This document shows positions 19,011-27,942 of a stretch of 64,000 nt of DNA, piece after piece. The DNA lies in assembly GCA_046262455.1 (NCBI GenBank), contig JBHEMS010000055.1, forward strand, positions 2,315-66,314, read 5' to 3'. The notes below the pieces were generated by a model. That model had not been told where the DNA came from, did no database searches, and was given only the letters and a program-made list of their open reading frames with translations. Each line of letters begins with the position of its first letter. Position 1 is the first letter of the stretch. Made by a program: the position numbers and the translations under genes. Origin of the DNA: Candidatus Dormibacteria bacterium (GTDB lineage Bacteria > Chloroflexota > Dormibacteria > DASZGP01).

Positions 19011-20404
19011 TGGCACACGGAGGGCCAATCACCGAGGGGGGCGTGACCCGCGTAACCATGCCGCAGCTCGGCGAGAGTGTCACCGAGGGCCAGATCAGTC
19101 GCTGGCTCAAGCAACCGGGCGACCGCGTCGAAAAGTATGAGGCGCTGGTCGAGGTGATCACCGACAAGGTCAACGCCGAGGTTCCGGCGCCGGTTGCCGG
19201 CGTGTTGGGCGAAATCAACGTGCAGGAGGGCGAAACGGTCGCCGTGGGGACCCTGATCTGCAGCATCGGCGCTGAGGCCGGCGCGGGGCGCGAGCCGGCG
19301 GAGGCCGGCGAGTCGGAGCCGCCCGCGACCCCGGCGCCAGTGGTCCAGCCGGCCCCCGCGGTGGCCGTGTCCGCCGTGCCCGCGGCGACCCCTGCCGCCC
19401 CAGCCGCTCCCAGCAGCAACGGACACGACCGGGCCGGCCGCGCCAGCCCCGCCGTTCGGCGCCTGGCCGCCGAGCACGACCTGGACATCTCGAAGATCGC
19501 CGGGACCGGCATCGATGGACGCGTGACCAAGCGCGACGTCGACGAGTTCCTGAGGACTGGGGCGGGGCGGGGGGCCGCCGCCGGAGCGCCCACGCCTGCC
19601 GCCGCGCCGGCGCAGACAGCTGCCACGCCGTCGCCCGCGCCGGTCGTCCCCTCGGCGTCCCCGACGACCCCGCCACTCAGCGCACCCGCGCCCCAGTCCC
19701 GTCCCGGGGACGAGCTGGTGCCCCTGTCGCCGATCCGCAGGGCCATCGCCGAGCACATGGTGCGCAGCCGCCAGACTTCCCCCCACGCCTGGTGCGCGAC
19801 CGAGGTTGACATGAGCTCCGTGGTGGAGCTTCGCCGCGCGGAGAGAGAGAAGTTCCGGGCGCGCGAGGGTGTCGACCTCACCTACGTACCCTTTGTCATC
19901 AAGGCGACCGTCGAGGCACTGAAGGATCACCCCGAGGTGAACGCCCAATGGACGGCGGACGGCATCCTGCGCCGCAAGGCGATCAACATCAGCGTCGCCG
20001 TCAGCTCGCCGGGCGGCCTGATGGTCCCGGTGATCCACGACGCCGACATGCTCAGCATCGCCGGGCTGGCGCACAAGCTCAACGACGTCGCCACGCGGGC
20101 CCGGGCAGGGCAGTTGAAGCTACCGGATATCGAAGGCGGCACCTTCTGCGTCAACAACCCGGGAACCTTCGGCACTGTGATCTCGGCGCCGATCATCAAC
20201 CAGCCCCAGGCCGCGATCATGACAATGGAGGCCATCGTCAAACGCCCGGTGGTCCTGCCGGGCGATGCCATCGGGGTTCGCTCGATGATGTTCATGGGCC
20301 TTTCCTTTGACCACCGCGTCATGGACGGCCTGGAGGCGGCGACATTCCTGGTTGACGTCAAAAAGAACCTCGAGGCCATGAAGCCCGGGCTCCCGGTGTA
20401 TTAG
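19010..20404 (+). CDS. Dihydrolipoamide acyltransferase (E2)
   Basis: Lipoyl domain (EVITDKVNAEVPAPVAG), Ala/Pro linkers, a subunit-binding domain (SPAVRRLAAEHDLDISKIAGTG) and the catalytic SFDHRVMDG. Confidence 0.95.
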   Translation: MAHGGPITEGGVTRVTMPQLGESVTEGQISRWLKQPGDRVEKYEALVEVITDKVNAEVPAPVAGVLGEINVQEGETVAVGTLICSIGAEAGAGREPAEAGESEPPATPAPVVQPAPAVAVSAVPAATPAAPAAPSSNGHDRAGRASPAVRRLAAEHDLDISKIAGTGIDGRVTKRDVDEFLRTGAGRGAAAGAPTPAAAPAQTAATPSPAPVVPSASPTTPPLSAPAPQSRPGDELVPLSPIRRAIAEHMVRSRQTSPHAWCATEVDMSSVVELRRAEREKFRAREGVDLTYVPFVIKATVEALKDHPEVNAQWTADGILRRKAINISVAVSSPGGLMVPVIHDADMLSIAGLAHKLNDVATRARAGQLKLPDIEGGTFCVNNPGTFGTVISAPIINQPQAAIMTMEAIVKRPVVLPGDAIGVRSMMFMGLSFDHRVMDGLEAATFLVDVKKNLEAMKPGLPVY

Positions 20405-21334
20405 GTGGACCAACTGCCCGTGGTCCAGCCCGGCGGGGGCGGCACACCCGACGACTTCGCCGGCCGCCGGCCCGAGTGGCTCGAGGTCCGCCTGCCAACC
20501 GGCCCCACGTTTGCCCGCCTGCAGTCGCTGATGCGGCAGGAGAACCTGCACACCGTCTGCGAGGAGGCCCACTGTCCGAACATCGGGGAGTGCTGGGGAG
20601 CGGGTACCGCGACCTTCATGGTCCTGGGCGACACCTGCACCCGGGCCTGCAGCTTCTGTGCGGTGAAGACCGGGCGTCCCACCTGGCTGGATGAGGATGA
20701 GCCTCGTCGAGTCGCCGAGTCGATCGCGCGCATGAACCTGGTCCACGCGGTGATCACCTCGGTCGACCGCGACGACCTTCCAGACGGTGGCGCTCACATT
20801 TTCGCGGAGACCATTCGCCGCACGCGCGAGCTGTGTCCGCAGACTTCCATCGAGGTTCTGGTCCCCGATTTCCAGGGCAACTGGGACGCCCTGGCTACGG
20901 TTATGGCGGCCCGGCCTGAAATCCTCAACCACAACGTTGAGACCGTGGGCCGCCTCTACCGTCGTGTCCGCCCGAAGGCGGTCCTGAGCCAGTCCCTCGA
21001 ACTATTGCGCCTCGCCCGTGAACTGGATGCCGGGACCCAGAGCAAGACCGGGTTCATGGTCGGATTGGGCGAGACCTGGGAGGAGATCCTCGAGCTGATG
21101 GAGCAAATCCGCGCAGTCGATGTCGAAATCCTGACCATCGGGCAGTACCTTCGGCCCAGCCTCAAGCACCACGAGCTCATCCGCTATTACCACCCGGACG
21201 AGTTCGCGGCGCTCAGGGAAGAGGCCCTCCAGATGGGCTTCCGCTGGGTCGAGTCCGGTCCCCTCGTTCGCAGCTCCTATCACGCCGAGCGCCAGGTCGA
21301 CCGAGACCGGCTGGTCAGCCTCCGATCGGCCTGA
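20405..21334 (+). CDS. lipA: Lipoyl synthase
   Basis: Two Fe-S cluster motifs, [13 protein letters not shown] and [10 protein letters not shown]. The gene directly follows the E2 stop. Confidence 0.96.
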   Translation: MDQLPVVQPGGGGTPDDFAGRRPEWLEVRLPTGPTFARLQSLMRQENLHTVCEEAHCPNIGECWGAGTATFMVLGDTCTRACSFCAVKTGRPTWLDEDEPRRVAESIARMNLVHAVITSVDRDDLPDGGAHIFAETIRRTRELCPQTSIEVLVPDFQGNWDALATVMAARPEILNHNVETVGRLYRRVRPKAVLSQSLELLRLARELDAGTQSKTGFMVGLGETWEEILELMEQIRAVDVEILTIGQYLRPSLKHHELIRYYHPDEFAALREEALQMGFRWVESGPLVRSSYHAERQVDRDRLVSLRSA

Positions 21335-22622
21335 CCTCATCCCCGGCCGGGGGACTGACCTGCAAGGCCAACCCCCAGGCACAAAGCGCGATGCCGTAGG
21401 CGTAGTAGTTGTAGCCGGCAAAGGGCGAAAGTATGACGAGGACGATCCATGCCGCCCCGGCAGCCGTGAGCGCGCGCGCGGGCGACTGGGAGGCGCGTCG
21501 CCAGAGCAAAAAACCGGCGGCAAGGCCGACCGCCTGGAGGGCAAGCTGCACAGCGCGGCCGGGATGCAGTCCGAGCGCCACCAGGGCTGCGTAGACGTGT
21601 AACCGGTTTGGGTAGTCGCCGGAGCCATGCAAGCCGGGGTCGAGCACCCCTGTGATCGTCCCGTGGAAATCCTGGACCAGGAATGGGGCCACCGAGGCAA
21701 CCGCGAGGCCAGCCGCCAGCACCGCCATGCGCGGCTTGACGAACCGCACGATGAAGGCGCCGGGGTAAAGCAGAGCCGTCTGCTTGGTGGAGAGCGCAAG
21801 GGCCAGCAGCAGCCCGGCCGCCACCTCGCGCCGGCGTGCGATTGCCAGCAGCAACAGCGCAGTGACCGCCAGGACAACCCACTCGTGGTTGGCTGCCTCG
21901 AAGAAGTACTCGCCAACCCTGGGTAGTGCGAGTGGTATCAGCAGCAGCGCCTGGCGCCACACATCGACCCGACCCTCCCTCCGCGGCAGCAGCACCCACA
22001 TCGTCACGCACGCAACGAGCTCACCGCCGACCAGCGCCCATCGGGCGTCGCCGGCAAGCAATACCGATGGCGCCAGGAGCACAAGGGCGCCGGGAGGGTA
22101 GGTGAAGGGAATCGGAGGGCCGTCCGTGACAGCCGTCGGCGAGTACACCGTATGACCGTGCACCAGCGAGTGCACGGCTGTGACGAAGAGGATGTTCACG
22201 TCCGATCGCAGCCCGGCGGTCTCGAGGATGTGGCCGACGTGCGATACCAGCAGGACCGCCAGTGCTGCCCAGAACCAGAACGGCCGGACGGCGGGGACTG
22301 CCGCCGCCACGATGAGGATCACCGGGATGAGCAGGACCAGGCGCTGGGGGCCGGTGGCCGACATCGGGCCCAACCCGTAGAAGAGACCAAAGAGCCCCAG
22401 TACGGCAGGATAGCGAGTGTCCCCAGGCAGTAATTCCGGGCCCGGCTCCACGATGGCCACCGCCACCAGTGCGGCGGTGGCGATGAGCATCATCCCGAAC
22501 GGGACCGGTCGGAAGTAGGCCAGTGTCAGCAGCAGCGCTGTGCCCCCCAGGAACAGACCCACGACCGCCAACAGGTGTCGGTACGTCGATAGGGCGGTCG
22601 GCACGCGCCTATGATCGCCCAT
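21315..22622 (-). CDS. Polytopic membrane glycosyltransferase, DUF2029/GT87-like
   Basis: Multi-TM protein with [23 protein letters not shown] and PFTYPPGAL motifs that parallel the other two GT87-like genes. Its 3' end overlaps the lipA 3' end by 20 nt. Confidence 0.68.
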   Translation of the reverse strand: MGDHRRVPTALSTYRHLLAVVGLFLGGTALLLTLAYFRPVPFGMMLIATAALVAVAIVEPGPELLPGDTRYPAVLGLFGLFYGLGPMSATGPQRLVLLIPVILIVAAAVPAVRPFWFWAALAVLLVSHVGHILETAGLRSDVNILFVTAVHSLVHGHTVYSPTAVTDGPPIPFTYPPGALVLLAPSVLLAGDARWALVGGELVACVTMWVLLPRREGRVDVWRQALLLIPLALPRVGEYFFEAANHEWVVLAVTALLLLAIARRREVAAGLLLALALSTKQTALLYPGAFIVRFVKPRMAVLAAGLAVASVAPFLVQDFHGTITGVLDPGLHGSGDYPNRLHVYAALVALGLHPGRAVQLALQAVGLAAGFLLWRRASQSPARALTAAGAAWIVLVILSPFAGYNYYAYGIALCAWGLALQVSPPAGDEVRPIGG

Positions 22623-22664
22623 TCCCTCGGCCGCTCAGCTGTCGTCCTGGAGCGCTTCGCTCGA

Positions 22665-22670
22665 TAGACT
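22665..22670 (+). promoter_or_regulatory. Candidate -10 box (TAGACT) for tRNA-Val
   Basis: TANNNT hexamer 16 nt upstream of the mature tRNA 5' end. It is related to the TAGAAT boxes upstream of the other tRNAs in this window. Confidence 0.3.
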
Positions 22671-22685
22671 CTGGCCCGGTGACCG

Positions 22686-22762
22686 GGGCGGATAGCTCAG
22701 CTGGTCAGAGCGCCTGGTTTACACCCAGGAGGTCGCGGGTTCGATCCCTGCTCCGCCCACCA
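22686..22762 (+). tRNA. tRNA-Val (anticodon TAC)
   Basis: Cloverleaf parsed by hand: acceptor GGGCGGA/TCCGCCC, D-arm GCTC..GAGC, anticodon stem CCTGG/CCAGG with loop TTTACAC, T-arm GCGGG-TTCGATC-CCTGC, encoded CCA. Confidence 0.95.
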
Positions 22763-22774
22763 AGGTCGGTTGGA

Positions 22775-22780
22775 TAGAAT
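22775..22780 (+). promoter_or_regulatory. Candidate -10 box (TAGAAT) between tRNA-Val and tRNA-Phe
   Basis: TAGAAT hexamer. The same hexamer precedes tRNA-Gly and tRNA-Cys. Here it is 48 nt from the tRNA, so it is less certain. Confidence 0.25.
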
Positions 22781-22827
22781 GCCAAGTCGTCTGCGGCGTG
22801 GAATTGCGCCGAGAGACGCAACCTTAA

Positions 22828-22903
22828 GCCGAGATAGCTCAGTTGGTAGAGCAGCGGTCTGAAGAACCGCGTGTCGGCGGTTCGAATCCGTCTCTCGGCA
22901 CCA
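22828..22903 (+). tRNA. tRNA-Phe (anticodon GAA)
   Basis: Acceptor GCCGAGA/TCTCGGC, anticodon stem GCGGT/ACCGC with loop CTGAAGA, T-loop TTCGAAT, encoded CCA. Confidence 0.95.
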
Positions 22904-23092
22904 TATCCCCGCTCTCTAGGCACAATCCCCCCGTTCGCGGGCACCACTCCCTGTAAACTCCAGCGTCCATGAGGTGCACAAATTCCTAGGAAAGGTCCAC
23001 GCCGTCCGCCCCGCGGTGGTCCACGCCGCCGTGGCAAGTCCGTTGAGGAGGCGGCCGACAAGAAGGAAGACACCATTGAGCTTGACGGCGAG

Positions 23093-23275
23093 GTGGTGGA
23101 GGCGCTTCCCAACGCGATGTTCCGGGTGAAGCTGGACAACGAGCACGAGGTCATCGCCTACGCGGCGGGGAAGATGCGGAAGTTCTACATTCGCATCCTG
23201 CTGGGCGACCGCATCAAGGTCGAGATCAGCCCCTACGACCTCAGTCGCGGCCGGATCGTCTACCGCTACAAGTAG
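23093..23275 (+). CDS. infA: Translation initiation factor IF-1 (coding region very likely extends upstream, possibly to ATT 22982)
   Basis: [59 protein letters not shown] is a near-complete IF-1 S1 fold. The conserved [12 protein letters not shown] lies in the same open frame upstream of the ORF-track GTG. Confidence 0.9.
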   Translation: MVEALPNAMFRVKLDNEHEVIAYAAGKMRKFYIRILLGDRIKVEISPYDLSRGRIVYRYK

Positions 23276-23282
23276 CCCAGAC

Positions 23283-23723
23283 GTGGCCATCCTGCGGATG
23301 GACAACGTCGGCATCGTCGTCGACGACCTCGAGGCGGCGATCGCCTTCTTCGCCGAGCTGGGCCTGGAGCTGGAAGGCCGGGCGCAGGTCGAAGGTCCCT
23401 GGGCGGACCGTACCGTCGGGCTGGATGGGGTCCGATGTGACATTGCGATGATGCGGACCCCCGACGGCGATGGCAGGATCGAGTTGGCGAGGTACCTCAA
23501 CCCCGCAGCGGTCGCCCCCGGGTCGGGGTATCCGCCGCACAACACGCTGGGCATGCATCGCCTCATGTTCGCCGTGGACGACATCGAAGACACCGTCAGG
23601 CGGCTTGGCGCCCACGGCGCCGAGCTCCTCGGCGATGTCGCGCAGTACGAAAACAGCTACCGGCTCTGCTACCTGCGTGGCCCCGCGGGCATCATCGTCG
23701 CCCTGGCGGAAGCAACCAGCTGA
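23283..23723 (+). CDS. VOC (glyoxalase/bleomycin-resistance/dioxygenase) family protein
   Basis: 146 aa. MDNVGIVVDDLEAAIAFFAELGLELEG and HRLMFAVDDIEDTVRRL are typical paired beta-alpha-beta-beta-beta modules. Confidence 0.8.
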   Translation: MAILRMDNVGIVVDDLEAAIAFFAELGLELEGRAQVEGPWADRTVGLDGVRCDIAMMRTPDGDGRIELARYLNPAAVAPGSGYPPHNTLGMHRLMFAVDDIEDTVRRLGAHGAELLGDVAQYENSYRLCYLRGPAGIIVALAEATS

Positions 23724-23727
23724 CGCC

Positions 23728-24813
23728 CTAACGGGTCCCCAGCGCCTCCCAGGCGCCGAGCTTGGTCCGGGTGCGCCGGATGACCTCGTCGGTGAACTCG
23801 GTGGTGGTCGCGCTCCCCTTGAGGTCCGCGGTGCGCACCCCCTCATAGACGGCCTCCAGCACCGACTCGTAGATCGCGCGGGAGGCGCCGGCTGCCCGCG
23901 GCTCGTCCCGGATGTAGCCCAGCAGCGAGGCCGAGGCCAGGATCATCGCCATCGGGTTGGCCACGTTCTTGCCCTCTAGCGCCGGCGCGGTCCCGTGGGG
24001 GGCCTCGGCCATCACCACCCGCTCGTTCCAGTCGTCATCGAAGCTGAGCAGGAGTGACTCTGCGCCGGCGATCGAGCCGAACATCTGCAGCACCAGGTCT
24101 GAGAGACAGTCGCCGTCGCGGTTCAGGGACGGGATGGCCATGGCCTCGCCGGTGGTGCTCAGCAGGAGCGCGTAGGTTGCGTCGATCAGCTGGGGCTCAT
24201 AACGGACGGCGGGATGGCGACGTGCCGCGTCGTCCATCTCCTCCTTGAGCATCCCCTCGTAGACCGGGCTGACGGTGAACTTGGGGCCGCCAAAGACCTT
24301 GGCGTTGGTCCTCTCGGCGTGGCGAAAGGCGAATTCCGCAACCATCCGGCAGGTGCGCCGGGTGATCTTCTCGGTCCTGAAGGCCTGCTCGTCAAGGCCC
24401 TCCCCCTCGCGCCACTCTTTCGCACCGTACGCGTCGTCGACCGCCATGCGTACGACAGATATGGGTGCGTGCACCCCTCCCAGGGGATTGATGCCGGGTA
24501 TGCGCCGGCCGGTGCGGAGAATCACCTTGCCCTCAACCTCCTCGCGCAGGATCCGGTTGGGGCTCCCGACATCGCCGCTGGTCTCCGGTGTCACCGTGGC
24601 TGCCTTCAGGCCCAGCCCGCTCTCCCGCATGGCCGCGGCGGCCTCGTGGACGACTCCATTGGACGTGGCGCGTCGGTTCTGCAGCGAAAGGTCGAAGGGG
24701 CGCAGCTCCAGGGGGAAACCGATAATCTCCGCGTCGAGGAGTCGCAGGGCCTCAACGAGGAGCTCCTGCCCCGTCTGGTCGCCCTCGAGGACCACGATCG
24801 AATGCGTCGCCAC
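23728..24813 (-). CDS. Isocitrate/isopropylmalate dehydrogenase family protein
   Basis: 361 aa. N-terminal IVVLEGDQTGQELL, then the family core (NRDGDCLSDLV, GSIAGAESLL, APHGTAP). Substrate not assignable by eye. Confidence 0.85.
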   Translation of the reverse strand: MATHSIVVLEGDQTGQELLVEALRLLDAEIIGFPLELRPFDLSLQNRRATSNGVVHEAAAAMRESGLGLKAATVTPETSGDVGSPNRILREEVEGKVILRTGRRIPGINPLGGVHAPISVVRMAVDDAYGAKEWREGEGLDEQAFRTEKITRRTCRMVAEFAFRHAERTNAKVFGGPKFTVSPVYEGMLKEEMDDAARRHPAVRYEPQLIDATYALLLSTTGEAMAIPSLNRDGDCLSDLVLQMFGSIAGAESLLLSFDDDWNERVVMAEAPHGTAPALEGKNVANPMAMILASASLLGYIRDEPRAAGASRAIYESVLEAVYEGVRTADLKGSATTTEFTDEVIRRTRTKLGAWEALGTR

Positions 24814-24821
24814 GAGGGGCG

Positions 24822-25847
24822 ATGTTAGCGCCGCTAGACTCGCACCCCATGAGTGACATCCGGCGCGGCGCGGCCAACGCGATCCACACCTGCCTGGCGG
24901 TGGGGCTCAACGACCGGGTCGTCGTGTTCACCGACAAGGAGCGCGAGCACATCGGGCACGCGCTGGCGGCGGAGTGCGAGCTGGCCGAAGCCCCGGCGCT
25001 CCTGCTGGTCATGGAGGACTTCGTCAAGCGCCCAGCGCGCATCGTCCCGGAGCAGCTCGTGCAGCAGGTTGACGATTTCAAACCCACCGTTTCGATCTAC
25101 GCCGCGGGCAAGGCCGAGGGCGAGCTGGCGTTTCGCGGCCCGCTCACGCGCCACTGGTTCCGGGATCTCAAGACCCGTCACGGGCACATGGTGGGCATCG
25201 ACGACCAGCTGATGGAGGAGGGGATGAGTGGCGACTACGAGGAGATCGCGGCGCTGACCCTGCGGGTGAACGAGGTGGTGCGCGAGGCGCGCCTGATCGA
25301 GGTGCAGGCACCGTCGGGGACCGACCTGCGGGCCCGGCTGGACCCCGCCACCCTGCGGTGGCACCCGTGCACCGGCCTGATTCACCGGCCGGGGGAGTGG
25401 AGCAACCTGCCAGACGGCGAGACCTACACCAGCCCCGCCCGGGTGGATGGCATCCTCGGGGGTGAGGTGCTCGGTGACTACTTCGACGAGCGATACGGGC
25501 TATTGCCCGAGCCCATGCTCTTCGAGATTGGCGACAGCCGTATCCGCCGTATCAGTTTCCCGGATGACGAGGTCCGTCAGGACGTTGAGCGATACATGGC
25601 CTCTCACGAGAACAGCAACCGCGCCGGGGAATTTGCGATCGGGACCAACGTGGCGCTCAAGAAGCTATCCGGTAACCTCTTGCAGGACGAGAAGATCCCT
25701 GGCCTCCACATCGCCTTTGGGCATCCCTACAACGAGGAAACGGGGGCCACGTGGGACGCCCCGACGCACTGCGACGTGGTATCGACGCGGGCGACGATCA
25801 AGGTGGACGGGCAGTACCTGATGCGGGACGGGGAGTTCGTCTTCTGA
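24822..25847 (+). CDS. M29-like aminopeptidase (AmpS/PepS/aminopeptidase T family)
   Basis: [19 protein letters not shown] and [18 protein letters not shown] match the family pattern. The start may be ATG 24849 (MSDIRRG). Confidence 0.8.
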   Translation: MLAPLDSHPMSDIRRGAANAIHTCLAVGLNDRVVVFTDKEREHIGHALAAECELAEAPALLLVMEDFVKRPARIVPEQLVQQVDDFKPTVSIYAAGKAEGELAFRGPLTRHWFRDLKTRHGHMVGIDDQLMEEGMSGDYEEIAALTLRVNEVVREARLIEVQAPSGTDLRARLDPATLRWHPCTGLIHRPGEWSNLPDGETYTSPARVDGILGGEVLGDYFDERYGLLPEPMLFEIGDSRIRRISFPDDEVRQDVERYMASHENSNRAGEFAIGTNVALKKLSGNLLQDEKIPGLHIAFGHPYNEETGATWDAPTHCDVVSTRATIKVDGQYLMRDGEFVF

Positions 25848-25869
25848 GCGGACAACTGAGGAGATAGAG

Positions 25870-26964
25870 ATGGCACACAAAGTCACGATGATCCCGGGCG
25901 ACGGCGTTGGGCCTGAGCTGAGCGAGGCGACCATGCGTGTCCTTGACGCCACCGGCGTGGGGTTCGAGTGGGAGGTCGTCCAGGCGGGGGAGAACGTGAT
26001 GGAGAAGGAGGGTACGCCGCTTCCAGCCAGCGTCCTTGAGTCCATCCGGCGCAACAAGGTGGCCATCAAGGGGCCGATCACCACACCGGTCGGCAAGGGG
26101 TTCCGGTCGGTCAACGTCGCGCTTCGCAAAGAGCTCGACCTCTACGCGCTGTTCCGGCCCTGCAAGAGCTACGACGGTGTGCGCTCGCGCTACAAGGACA
26201 TCGACATCCTCATGGTCCGCGAGAACACCGAGGACGCCTACGCCGGCATCGAGTTCCAGGAGGGGCAGCCCGAGACCCTCGAGGTCATCGAGATGCTCAA
26301 CGAGAAGTCCGGCAAGCCGATTCGCCAGGACTCCGGGATCACGATCAAGCCGATCTCGGTCTTCGGCAGCCTCCGGGTCGTCAAGTCAGCCTTCGAGTAT
26401 GCCCGTGCCAACGGGCGCAAAAAGGTCACCGCGGTGCACAAGGCCAACATCATGAAGCACACCGACGGCCTCTTCCTGCACACTGCCCAGGAGGTCGCCC
26501 GCGATTACCCGGACATCGAGTTCGAGGACCGCATCGTCGACAACATGTGCATGCAGCTGGTGCAGAAGCCTGAGCTCTACGACATGCTGGTTCTGCCGAA
26601 CCTTTATGGCGACATCGTCAGCGACCTGGGCGCCGGCCTGATCGGAGGACTGGGCCTCGCCCCCGGTGCGAATATCGGCGACGACATAGCGCTCTTCGAG
26701 GCCACCCACGGCAGCGCGCCAAAGTACGCCGGTCAGAACAAGATGAACCCGATGGCCATGTTGCTGTCGGGTGTCATGATGCTGAACCACCTTGGCGAGA
26801 AGGATGCCTCGCGGCGTCTTGAGGCGGCCATCGCGGAGGTCATCCGCGAGGGTCGGGACGTCACCTACGACATGAAGCCCGACCGCAACGACCCGACCGC
26901 GGTGGGTACCAGTGAGGTGGCGGACGCGATCATCCACAAGCTCGAGGCGGGTGTCCCGGCGTGA
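25870..26964 (+). CDS. Isocitrate dehydrogenase-like (NAD-IDH / IPMDH family)
   Basis: [74 protein letters not shown] and [11 protein letters not shown]. Confidence 0.9.
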   Translation: MAHKVTMIPGDGVGPELSEATMRVLDATGVGFEWEVVQAGENVMEKEGTPLPASVLESIRRNKVAIKGPITTPVGKGFRSVNVALRKELDLYALFRPCKSYDGVRSRYKDIDILMVRENTEDAYAGIEFQEGQPETLEVIEMLNEKSGKPIRQDSGITIKPISVFGSLRVVKSAFEYARANGRKKVTAVHKANIMKHTDGLFLHTAQEVARDYPDIEFEDRIVDNMCMQLVQKPELYDMLVLPNLYGDIVSDLGAGLIGGLGLAPGANIGDDIALFEATHGSAPKYAGQNKMNPMAMLLSGVMMLNHLGEKDASRRLEAAIAEVIREGRDVTYDMKPDRNDPTAVGTSEVADAIIHKLEAGVPA

Positions 26965-27308
26965 GGACCAAGGGGGTCATGCAGGGCCGTGAAATCGAGT
27001 ACGACGAAGTTTCGCTCGACCAGGCCGAGGAACTGCGAGCGGAAGGCGCAACCGTGGTCGATGTCAGACGGCCGGACGAGCGCCAGGTCAAGCACATCCC
27101 GCGGTCGCTGCACATTCCCCTCGACGACCTCTCCTCACGCATGGACGAGTTGCCCGACGGCCGCCTCCTGATGGTCTGTGCGACGGGGATCCGGTCGGCC
27201 GTCGCGTCCGCGATGGTCGAGGAGGCCACCGGGCGCAGGGACGTTTCCTCGATCGCCGGCGGGACCAATGGCTGGGAAGTCGCCGGCAAGGCGGTCGACC
27301 GGGGCTAA
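26961..27308 (+). CDS. Rhodanese-domain protein
   Basis: [18 protein letters not shown] and the active-site loop CATGIRS. GTG 26961 overlaps the upstream TGA (GTGA). Confidence 0.8.
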   Translation: MRTKGVMQGREIEYDEVSLDQAEELRAEGATVVDVRRPDERQVKHIPRSLHIPLDDLSSRMDELPDGRLLMVCATGIRSAVASAMVEEATGRRDVSSIAGGTNGWEVAGKAVDRG

Positions 27309-27317
27309 AGCCCCGCG

Positions 27318-27926
27318 CTACCTCGCGGCCTGTTCGGCCGAGAAGGTCATATCGCCACGCTCCATGCCTTTGCGGGCCACGTATTCGTCGTAGAGTGACC
27401 GGTAGCTCCCCGTTGAGGTAGGCACGTCTGCCAGCCCAAGGCGCGCGGCGACGCCATCGATGCGCTCCCGCTCGCCCTCGATCTCCACCACGGGCCCGAC
27501 AAACGGCATCTCGTCGAGGGTGATCCACATCCCCTCGAGGTCCCACCCCTCGCGGTATTTCTCGTAGCGCCAGGTCGGGCGAAACCCGAGTCCACCGAGG
27601 AGTTCTTCGATATCCCCGTCGCTGACCTGGACGGTTATCTCGCGGCGGGCCTTGTATCGCTCGTCCTCGACGGGGATTTTGACGGTCAGCTCACCGCCGT
27701 TCCGAAGGCGTAGCAGCCGGTCGGAGCTGGCCATGCTTGCCGTCTCATCGTCGAATAGAACGTTGGTCTCGAGATTTCGCTCACCCTCGAGGTGAGCGCC
27801 GGCCTCACGGAGCCGCCGGCGAACCTGGTTCAGGTCGGCGCCCAGGTATTTGAGCTCCACCTCGACGCTGTTGCCTCGGCCCACCCGCCCAACTCTAGTG
27901 ATCGCGAGGGGAACTTCCCTGGTCAC
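27318..27926 (-). CDS. CYTH-domain protein (CyaB-type class IV adenylyl cyclase / triphosphatase family)
   Basis: The ExExK signature VEVELKY lies near the N-terminus. Acidic/basic beta-strand pattern (ELTVKIP, VVEIEGE). The true start is probably one of the internal GTGs (VGRGNSVEVELKY). Confidence 0.75.
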   Translation of the reverse strand: MTREVPLAITRVGRVGRGNSVEVELKYLGADLNQVRRRLREAGAHLEGERNLETNVLFDDETASMASSDRLLRLRNGGELTVKIPVEDERYKARREITVQVSDGDIEELLGGLGFRPTWRYEKYREGWDLEGMWITLDEMPFVGPVVEIEGERERIDGVAARLGLADVPTSTGSYRSLYDEYVARKGMERGDMTFSAEQAAR

Positions 27927-27942
27927 GAGGTAACGAACACTT

